DNA from: Promethearchaeota archaeon
Lineage (GTDB): Archaea; Asgardarchaeota; Thorarchaeia; Thorarchaeales; Thorarchaeaceae
Assembly (NCBI GenBank): GCA_027031765.1
Contig: JALVPN010000049.1
Span: 1 to 17,547, forward strand
Length of the DNA stretch: 17,547 nt
Direction of reading: 5' to 3'
The position numbers and the translations under genes were made by a program. Within the stretch, counting starts at the first letter, position 1. Every line of letters starts with the position of its first letter. The notes beneath the pieces are model-generated. The model had not been told where the DNA came from. It did no database searches and saw nothing but the letters and a program-made list of their open reading frames with translations. Shown here piece by piece: positions 1 to 7,139 of the stretch.

Positions 1-288
1 GCCATAGGAGAGGCAATCAACCTTGGCACCGGCAAGGAGGTGTCAATCAGACAACTCGCAGAAATGGTCGTCGAGATCACGGGCAGCACAGGTGGGATAC
101 AGTACGCCCCGAAGCGGGAGTGGGACAAGTCCACACGGAGGCGTGCATCCATCGAGAAGGCAAGGCGGCTCATCGGGTACGAACCCAAGACCGAGTTCAG
201 GGATGGGCTCGAGAACGTGTACAGGTGGTTGGTGGAGCACCGCGAAGACATAGAGCGTTCCGTACCACCAAGCATGCGACTCTGGTGA
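1..288 (+). CDS. NAD-dependent epimerase/dehydratase (extended SDR), C-terminal part; 5' end outside window
   Basis: Frame 1 is open from base 1: AIGEAINLGTGKEVSIRQLAEMV...IEKARRLIGYEPKTEFRDGLENVYRW, the typical C-terminus of sugar-nucleotide epimerases; TGA at 286-288. Confidence 0.88.
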   Translation, partial: AIGEAINLGTGKEVSIRQLAEMVVEITGSTGGIQYAPKREWDKSTRRRASIEKARRLIGYEPKTEFRDGLENVYRWLVEHREDIERSVPPSMRLW

Positions 289-380
289 GCAGTCCCTGCA
301 GGATACAGGCCGGGCATCGCCAACAACGCACGCCGCGTCAGGAGTAAGCCCGACAAGCTAGACACAGGAGGGGCACACTA

Positions 381-393
381 GAGAGAGTTATAA
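381..393 (+). promoter_or_regulatory. Putative BRE/TATA box for the glycosyltransferase
   Basis: Purine run GAGAGAG followed by TTATAA (388-393), about 44 nt upstream of ATG 437, in otherwise GC-rich DNA. Confidence 0.45.
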
Positions 394-436
394 GCCGCGG
401 GCAGTTGCACACGGTGCCGCACACACGGGAGAAGAC

Positions 437-1714
437 ATGGCTCTCGGAGAGGCCACAGACATGCGAGTAGTCATCATCTCACAGTATTTCCCCCCGGACA
501 TGGGAGGGGGTGCAACGCGGGCACAGAATGCGGCCCGTGGACTGACCAGCGTGGGCTGCGACGTGACGGTTGTGGCGGCCGTGCCACACTATCCCAGAGG
601 TGATATCCCTAAGAGGTACAGATGGAAGCCACTCGTGATTGAGAACCATGACGGCATCACGCTCATCAGGACGTTCGTACCACCAGTCAGTTCACAGGGA
701 CTGCTGAGGCGCATCATCCTGTTCTTATCATTCGTCTTCTCGTCGTTGCTGGCGCTCTTCTACATCAGGAGACCCGATGTCGTATGGACCGCCAACCCCA
801 ATGTGATATCGGTGTTTCCTGGAGTGGTATACCGCAAGCTGTTCGGGTGTCTGTTGGTACAGAACGTCGACGACCTGTGGCCGGAGGCACTTGCCGACCT
901 TGGGACAAAGAACGGCGTCCTCATCGACAGCATTGGGCCTGCTGTTGCGCAGATGGCGTACAGCCTCGTCGATGGGATCACACCAATAAGCGAAGGGTAC
1001 GTGAGCACCCTGACTGACAAGTACCATGTGCCGCCCCAGAAGATCCGTGTGGTGAAAGCGGGTGTTGATATTGATAGGTTCTGTTGTCATGACGAGGGGA
1101 CAGCGGGAGGTGCTGACCTCTTCAGGGTGCTGTATATTGGGGCCTTCTCACCAGCGTATAACTTCGAGCAGGTGTTTGAGGCAGCAAGACAACTCTCGGC
1201 CCATGAGGACATCGTGTTCACGGTACAGGGCGGCGGCGAGGAGGCAGCCAGACTCAGGAGGCTTGAGGAGCAGGCCGGTGTAGCGAACATCCATGTGGTC
1301 GAGAAGATTGTCAGTCGCGAGGAAGTGGCGAGAGAGCTGGTGGGTGCAGATGCACTGTTGTTGCCCCTGTGCGGTGTCGGCTCCATAGAAATGGGGATAT
1401 CGTCCAAGCTGTACGAGTACCAGGCGGCGGGAAAGCCAATCCTCTGCTGTTCCAGTGGCCAGCCAGGTGCCTATGTACTGGAGAGCAGGTCAGGCATAGT
1501 CATTGAGCCGGGGAACGCCAAGGCCCTTGCAGAGGCCGTGCTGTTCCTGAAGCAGAACCCTGAACGGGCCAGACAACTAGGTGAGAACGGGCGCAGGTAT
1601 GTTGAAGAGCACCTGACGGTCGATGCAATTGGTAGACAACTAGCAGAGTTCTTCGAGTGGCTGGACAGTAGACGAGGCGGCAACAAGCGGCCAGAACGTC
1701 GCACGAGCCGTTAG
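437..1714 (+). CDS. Glycosyltransferase family 4 (GT-B, WbuB/WcaI-like); alternative start ATG 461
   Basis: MRVVIISQYFPPDMGGGATR N-terminus, NVDDLWPE motif, KLYEYQAAGKPIL donor-binding motif, LGENGRRYVEEH C-terminal helix. Confidence 0.93.
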   Translation: MALGEATDMRVVIISQYFPPDMGGGATRAQNAARGLTSVGCDVTVVAAVPHYPRGDIPKRYRWKPLVIENHDGITLIRTFVPPVSSQGLLRRIILFLSFVFSSLLALFYIRRPDVVWTANPNVISVFPGVVYRKLFGCLLVQNVDDLWPEALADLGTKNGVLIDSIGPAVAQMAYSLVDGITPISEGYVSTLTDKYHVPPQKIRVVKAGVDIDRFCCHDEGTAGGADLFRVLYIGAFSPAYNFEQVFEAARQLSAHEDIVFTVQGGGEEAARLRRLEEQAGVANIHVVEKIVSREEVARELVGADALLLPLCGVGSIEMGISSKLYEYQAAGKPILCCSSGQPGAYVLESRSGIVIEPGNAKALAEAVLFLKQNPERARQLGENGRRYVEEHLTVDAIGRQLAEFFEWLDSRRGGNKRPERRTSR

Positions 1715-1896
1715 TGACCGGTCTTGTTGGTCAGGCCCGGGTGTGTGGTCAAAGGGGCTAGCAGGGGGCGTGCTACGGCGGGTATGGTCTGTTACGACGT
1801 GGCGACAGGACACGGCAGTGATGACAGCTGTACCAGTGCAATTCTGTCTTCCTGCGGGTCGCGCGAGTGGAAGACCAGCATACTATGGAGATGGCA

Positions 1897-1920
1897 GGAC
1901 AGACAGACGGACGGACGGAC
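1897..1920. repeat. Tetranucleotide microsatellite (RGAC)x6
   Basis: GGAC AGAC AGAC GGAC GGAC GGAC, continuing as GGAAGAC to 1927, in the gap between convergent genes. Confidence 0.8.
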
Positions 1921-2025
1921 GGAAGACACTGGCTGCGGACACCGCGAGGGTGGCAGCCCAGACCTAGACGTGGCTTAGTGGTGCACCCGTGTGCTCCTGT
2001 ACGAGGGCCTGTAGCAAGGCGACTG

Positions 2026-3027
2026 CTAATGTGCAGCTGCCACCCCATGGTGCGTATTGGAGTACGTGGGCTCAAACGGGTCTGTGACCACACCATCTGT
2101 CAGCATGCTGAGGACATCCCTGACGGACTCGTGGAGCCTGAACCTAGGCACGAACCCGGTGGCAAGGAGTTTGCCAAAGTCCACCCGATATGAGCGGAGT
2201 GGGTGTCGGCTGCCGGTGCAGTTGACCTCCACATCGCCCACGACCTCTGCCACCAGTCCTGCAAGGTCACAGATCCGCATGTTGCCCGACTCGTGTCCGA
2301 CGTTGAACAGCTCGAACGGGCTGTCTGTACGGTAGTCCATGAGGTGGACAATGGCACGGGCAGCGTCCCGGACATCGAGCAGGGGACGCCACTGACGGCC
2401 GCCATACACCGTGACTGCCCGTTCACAGTAGGCTGAGGCGGTCATCCGGTTCAGGACAAGGTCGAAGCGCATGCGTGGGGAGGGCCCACATAGCGTGGAC
2501 AGACGCAGGACAACACGTTCCATATCTGTGTCAAGGTGGTGGAGGCCCCTCTCACACTGGAGCTTCGCCTTGGCATAGCAGGAAAGGGGGTGCGGAGTGG
2601 TACGCTCATCGACCAGATGGTCACCCGAGTTGCCGTAGACAGAACATGACGATGCGAACACGAAACGGGCAACGCCTGCATGTGCAGCCTCCTCAGCAAG
2701 GAGCAGTGAGGCGCGGAGGTTTGTGTCTATGCATGTGGTACGGTCGAACTGGCACGCGGGGTCACCTACAATCGCAGCAAGGTCAACAACAGTGTCCACA
2801 CCATGTACTGCCTGCCTGACAGTGTTGCGGTCACGCTTGTCACCAACAATCACTGAGAGGCACTGGTCGTGCAGGTCAGAGAGGGAGTCTTGTGAATACA
2901 TCAGGTTGTCAAGGACAACCACCCTATGCCCACTCTCAAGGAGCTGGCGTACCAGTACCGAGCCGAGGTAGCCCGCACCCCCTGTCACAAGTACCCCACG
3001 TTCCCTTCCACTGTTCAAGACGTGCAC
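2026..3027 (-). CDS. NAD-dependent epimerase/dehydratase (extended SDR)
   Basis: VLVTGGAGYLG (TGxxGxxG), FVFASSCSVYG, catalytic YAKAK (YxxxK), and an SPRMRFDLVLN subfamily motif; GTG start. Confidence 0.93.
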   Translation of the reverse strand: MHVLNSGRERGVLVTGGAGYLGSVLVRQLLESGHRVVVLDNLMYSQDSLSDLHDQCLSVIVGDKRDRNTVRQAVHGVDTVVDLAAIVGDPACQFDRTTCIDTNLRASLLLAEEAAHAGVARFVFASSCSVYGNSGDHLVDERTTPHPLSCYAKAKLQCERGLHHLDTDMERVVLRLSTLCGPSPRMRFDLVLNRMTASAYCERAVTVYGGRQWRPLLDVRDAARAIVHLMDYRTDSPFELFNVGHESGNMRICDLAGLVAEVVGDVEVNCTGSRHPLRSYRVDFGKLLATGFVPRFRLHESVRDVLSMLTDGVVTDPFEPTYSNTHHGVAAAH

Positions 3028-3050
3028 CGCGTCGGGCCACTCATACGGGT

Positions 3051-3058
3051 CAATATAA
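3051..3058 (-). promoter_or_regulatory. Putative TATA box (leaderless transcript) for the second epimerase
   Basis: TTATATTG on the minus strand ending 24 nt before GTG 3027. Confidence 0.55.
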
Positions 3059-3229
3059 GGCTACTCTGTACGGAAGCCGGGCTGTGTCAACACCAGCTCC
3101 ACGGTCGACAGCCGGGCACCAACACGCGCCGACCAGATGCATGCATGGCAACCCAAGGCACCACCAGCCTCACACTACAACGAGTTGACTGGACACTGGG
3201 CAGCTGGCTGGCGACGGGCACTGGAACGC

Positions 3230-4705
3230 TCAGAACACATCTCGCGACAGGAATGTACTGCCCACGCGCAGGTATGGCCCAGCTACGACGAGCCACCCGC
3301 GGTTGATGGCCATCTGGACGAGCACAATCAGCTTCCCGAGTGGCATGCCCTCGAAAGCGGGGATTTCGGCCCGCTGGACTCGTCTGGCGAAGTAGTAGCG
3401 GCCCCTAGTGATGATGCTGGGATGAGAGCGTAGGTATGACTCCAGCGCGTCCCACTGTTCTCCTGTGAACTCCTCGTCCTTCTCCGGGTCAAAGTACTCG
3501 AACTCGCCTGCTGCTGGAAAGATGACCCGCCTGCCGCCACGCATCATGACCATGACCCTGCCCTCACCCCCAGCGGCTGCGATGAGCGAGTCAAAGGAGT
3601 CAAACCCGGAGTGTTCGATACGCCAGCCCCCGCCGAGCTCTGTCATGCGGCCAATCACAGCCCGGTCAGTGGGCATGATCATGTCGTCACGCAGGCTCTC
3701 AAGAGCGCGGTCGAGCAGTGCAAGGGCCTGCACCTTCCTGTTGTCATGGGGGACGCGGCGGTCGTGTGTCTTGAGCGAGACATAGTTCTGGAGGCCGTCT
3801 GCACGGACGGTCACGATGCCGGCGGCTTGGGCCTCGAGCACGTATTCTTTGAGCCTGGAAACGCCGAGGGCCTTCAGTGGGTCTGGGAGGTGCTCCCTGA
3901 GCCTGATGCCAACAAGTGCCAGTTCAGCCTCGGCATAGCCCTCTTCGTGCAGGTCATCCAGGACTCTGACGAGGGGTTCGAAGCGGTCTTCCAGTGAGAC
4001 CTGCTCCTCAGCGGCCGCGCCCTCCTCGCGCAGCATGACGACTGTAGTGTCATCGCTCCGCTGGACAATGACCCAGCCGTCGTCCTCAGCACTCTTGAGG
4101 TAGTCGTTGAGGTTGTCGAAGGTGGAGGTCTGCCGCCAGTTCGGGTACTTCTCATCGAGGTAGTCGGCGACGGTCTCGCGAGTGGGCTGGGCCTGGCCCT
4201 TGTCTGCGAGCTCCCGCAGGGTGACCAGGAGCGGCTCGTAGCGCAGGGCCTTGCCCTCTTCACGGACGCCGGTGCCCATGATGTCGACCCATTCGAGCAC
4301 AAAGTCAGCGATGTCAATGAGGTCCTTGTTCGCACCGACCGGTGGCAGCACGAGGCCCACCCTATAGCCCCTGAGTTTCAGCCGTGAGAGTGCATAGACA
4401 TAGTCGATGTCACCGGCCACCAGCACAATCGTCTGTGGGGGTGGGTTGTCAAATGCGAACATCACCATGTCGGTGACAATCATGAAGTCGGCCACATCCT
4501 TGCGGCCCGTGTGTGGCGTGTCGATGAGGTGCACACCTGACCGTTGCAGGCCTACGCGGAGCAGCTGAGGGAACTCTGACAGCTCACCGTAGGCATAGAC
4601 CTGACGGATAGCCCCACGCTCCTGCAGGTGGCTGCGCAGCCGGTCAATCACGAGGGTACCTCGCATGCCCTTTGGTGGCGGACAGTTCTCAATGTCCCAG
4701 AACAC
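3230..4705 (-). CDS. NYN-domain ribonuclease (limkain-b1/MARF1-type) with LOTUS/OST-HTH-like repeats and an OHA-like C-terminal domain; start may extend to 4726
   Basis: (V)FWDIENC, GRKDVAD and VAGDID NYN acidic motifs; winged-helix-like repeats at about aa 155-226, 241-312 and 326-397; C-terminal RGRY...LGKLIVLVQMAI motif. Confidence 0.88.
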   Translation of the reverse strand: MFWDIENCPPPKGMRGTLVIDRLRSHLQERGAIRQVYAYGELSEFPQLLRVGLQRSGVHLIDTPHTGRKDVADFMIVTDMVMFAFDNPPPQTIVLVAGDIDYVYALSRLKLRGYRVGLVLPPVGANKDLIDIADFVLEWVDIMGTGVREEGKALRYEPLLVTLRELADKGQAQPTRETVADYLDEKYPNWRQTSTFDNLNDYLKSAEDDGWVIVQRSDDTTVVMLREEGAAAEEQVSLEDRFEPLVRVLDDLHEEGYAEAELALVGIRLREHLPDPLKALGVSRLKEYVLEAQAAGIVTVRADGLQNYVSLKTHDRRVPHDNRKVQALALLDRALESLRDDMIMPTDRAVIGRMTELGGGWRIEHSGFDSFDSLIAAAGGEGRVMVMMRGGRRVIFPAAGEFEYFDPEKDEEFTGEQWDALESYLRSHPSIITRGRYYFARRVQRAEIPAFEGMPLGKLIVLVQMAINRGWLVVAGPYLRVGSTFLSRDVF

Positions 4706-4874
4706 AGCGACCGATGCAGACTCTATGGTTGGTCACCCCAGCCTCTCTTGCAGGCAGCATGCGTGCACTACCACTAATAGTTTGCCCGTTGGTACCCCGC
4801 TGGTGTGAGAGAGCGGCAGCCTGCGTGGTGCTGTCGATGCGGGCTCAGGAGATGGCACGGTGACAGGTGGCGCC

Positions 4875-5987
4875 TCAGCCACTGCGGCGCAGCTTTGTCT
4901 CAAGGGCGCTGAGCGGCGTGTCCACCATCCAGTCGTGGTCGGCACGCCACGCCTGCTGGCTGGTGTCATAGTTCTTGGGGTAGAACCAGTACATGCAGCT
5001 GTGCTGGCCCACGGTGTCCACTGTGAAGACACGCAGCCTCGGCAGGTGCTGCCACAGCGTGTAGAACAGGCTGTGCTCATGTGACGGCGGCATCCGACCC
5101 CAGACCATTATGTCACCACCTTCGAGGAGGTCGATGGCCAGCGGAAAGGGTGGCACCGACGGCGACGAGAAGGCATTGAAGACACGACCGCAGGTGGCCT
5201 CGTCGACGCCCGGTGCATACAGGAGCTTTGTCGACACGACATCGAACTGTGCGCGGTCAATCTGAGCCCTCACAGACTCTATGAACTCGCGCATGATCCG
5301 GAGGACCTTCCTGCTTGTAGTGCTCTGGGAGAGTGACAGCTCCCGCTGGAGCTCGCTCTGTGGGATGTTGGCATTGGCCGTGAGCGCCCTCAGTATCTCA
5401 AGGTCCACCTCGCTGAGAGAGAGGCTGTCCGGGCGCGGTGATGGGCGGGGAGGGAGTGTCGGGTCTGCACTCGCAATCGCCCTGCCCCACTCTTCCCAGG
5501 AGTATTCCCAGGTGCGTGTCTTGAGGTCGAACGCCTCGAGGTTCGTCGGGGAGTGGGCCCTGTGGCCGGTACTGGCCCGGACGACGGTGCTCTCTGCCAG
5601 GCCAAGATCCGAGAGGCCCTGTAGGAACTCTTCGAGCAGCGCCGTGGAGCCCGGGGGGACGTCGAACTGTGAGAAGAGGCCGGGGAATGGGCCGTACACG
5701 CGCGCACGGTAATGGGTGTACGGGTGCAGGTCGCATGCCACCTCGAGGCCACGCAGCTGTTCCTCGGTACCCGCACCCATGAGCACGACATGCCGCTGGA
5801 GGCCGAGGGCGGAGGGGTCAAACACGGCCACAGGGTCAGACAGTACCCCTTCCTTCCGGAGCTTCTTCAGGTGTCTGTCAGCAGTGATCCAGCTGACACC
5901 AGCCCTGCGTGCGAGCTCCTGCGTCGTTATCGTCGGCTGCAGCTCGACGAGGTGGAGGATGCGGATGTCGATGTCCGAGAGGCGCAT
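4875..5987 (-). CDS. Tandem (double-HTH) Lrp/AsnC-like transcriptional regulator
   Basis: Two AsnC-type HTH segments (LSDIDIRILHLVELQPTITTQELARRAGVSWITADRHLKKL; LSEVDLEILRALTANANIPQSELQRELSLSQSTTSRKVLRI), each followed by a putative effector/ferredoxin-like region. Confidence 0.8.
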   Translation of the reverse strand: MRLSDIDIRILHLVELQPTITTQELARRAGVSWITADRHLKKLRKEGVLSDPVAVFDPSALGLQRHVVLMGAGTEEQLRGLEVACDLHPYTHYRARVYGPFPGLFSQFDVPPGSTALLEEFLQGLSDLGLAESTVVRASTGHRAHSPTNLEAFDLKTRTWEYSWEEWGRAIASADPTLPPRPSPRPDSLSLSEVDLEILRALTANANIPQSELQRELSLSQSTTSRKVLRIMREFIESVRAQIDRAQFDVVSTKLLYAPGVDEATCGRVFNAFSSPSVPPFPLAIDLLEGGDIMVWGRMPPSHEHSLFYTLWQHLPRLRVFTVDTVGQHSCMYWFYPKNYDTSQQAWRADHDWMVDTPLSALETKLRRSG

Positions 5988-6069
5988 GTCCGGTCGACCT
6001 CATATTCCCTGACTGTTGGTGGCCCTGTCTTACACCAGGTCAAGACCGGGGGCAGAGGGCCAACACAGA

Positions 6070-6561
6070 CTACGCAGCTACCACCAGTGCAGCACACGGG
6101 TCAGAGTCGCCAGAGCCACCCGGTGGGTCGAACTCGTAGGCCACCGAGCCGTCCGCTACGCCGCCAACATGGGACACTATGTGTGCATGGAACACGTAGT
6201 CGCCGGCCTCAACAGCATGGTTATAGAAGTGCATCGTGCACTCCAGCAGCGAGAGCCGCGTGTTGACAAGGTATGTGTACGAGTACTCGTTGCCAGACGG
6301 TAGCACCAGCGACAGCGTCAGCTCAAGGCTGTAGCGCTCTTTCCCGCTCAGCTGTATCTCAAAGTATGCTACGACATCGTCCTCCAGGCCGTCATCGTCA
6401 GCATCGAGGTACTGAGCACTAAGGATGGTAAGAGTGACACACACCTGCTTGTTGGTGCTCCGTACCGATACCTCAGAGGCGGCCACGGGGACGGTCACAG
6501 AGGCCATCGTCGCCAGCACAAGGCCCACAAGCAAGAGTACAGTGGCCGTGTTCCTCGGCAT
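6070..6561 (-). CDS. Secreted hypothetical protein (163 aa) with a Dx[DN]xDG-type Ca-binding motif
   Basis: Start re-set to ATG 6561 (MPRNTATVLLLVGLVLATMASVTVPVAA, signal peptide), with a TATA box 30 nt upstream; YLDADDDGLEDD motif, beta-rich body, C-terminal FDPPGG. Confidence 0.75.
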   Translation of the reverse strand: MPRNTATVLLLVGLVLATMASVTVPVAASEVSVRSTNKQVCVTLTILSAQYLDADDDGLEDDVVAYFEIQLSGKERYSLELTLSLVLPSGNEYSYTYLVNTRLSLLECTMHFYNHAVEAGDYVFHAHIVSHVGGVADGSVAYEFDPPGGSGDSDPCAALVVAA

Positions 6562-6590
6562 TTCAATCGGGCCCCCTACCGCATGACACC

Positions 6591-6598
6591 TATTTAAA
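6591..6598 (-). promoter_or_regulatory. TATA box for the secreted hypothetical protein
   Basis: TTTAAATA on the minus strand, 30 nt upstream of ATG 6561. Confidence 0.6.
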
Positions 6599-7055
6599 CT
6601 ATCGGCTGAGAGGGTTAAGAGCCCACCCACACATGGCCCACCAAAGGGCCACCGGAGCCCACAGTACATGCAGTCGCAACACATGAGACGCATACACTGT
6701 CCGTGCACCCAGACCCAGGTGCAGTCAGACCAAATCACAGGGATACCCGTGATGCGCCGTCCATCGCTGCCACTACCCGGACAAGGGTCTCTGTACAGAT
6801 CCGGCCTCCAGCAACAGACCGGATGACTGCTGTGTGGCAATACCAGCACCACGGGAGGGCTGGCCTATCTCGGTCTAGGTCGGGCCCTCACACAAATGGA
6901 CCTCCACCCGGTTGTTGCCGGTCGACAGCAGCAGGTAGGAGCAGGCAGAAATGGGAAACGAACGACGGGTATGTGGGCAAGTCCGACGCCGGCACCGGTG
7001 CGCATGCTCTCTGGGTGAAGTCTATAGTAAAAGGTATCTGGTGTTAATAGCCGAC

Positions 7056-7069
7056 CCAAAGTTTATTAG
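7056..7069 (+). promoter_or_regulatory. BRE/TATA box for the S8 protease
   Basis: CCAAAG followed by TTTATTAG, about 70 nt upstream of the proposed TTG start. Confidence 0.55.
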
Positions 7070-7139
7070 GAGCGGCGCGGATGTGGCGCCGCAAGGTGGT
7101 GGCGGTCTGTCGCCACCCCATCCATTACAGGTGAAGAAG

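Noticed and set aside
1-3027. Sugar-modification genes as a novel system or mobile island
   Set aside because: Ordinary epimerase and GT4 genes for glycan synthesis; no integrase, att repeats or visible compositional break.
6562-6852. N-terminal extension of the ORF-track call 6070-6852
   Set aside because: Composition is not protein-like; a TATA box at 6591-6598 and a signal peptide at 6561 define the real start.
6951-7130. N-terminal extension of the protease ORF as a possible propeptide
   Set aside because: It lies before the signal peptide, spans the TATA box and has no I9-like features.
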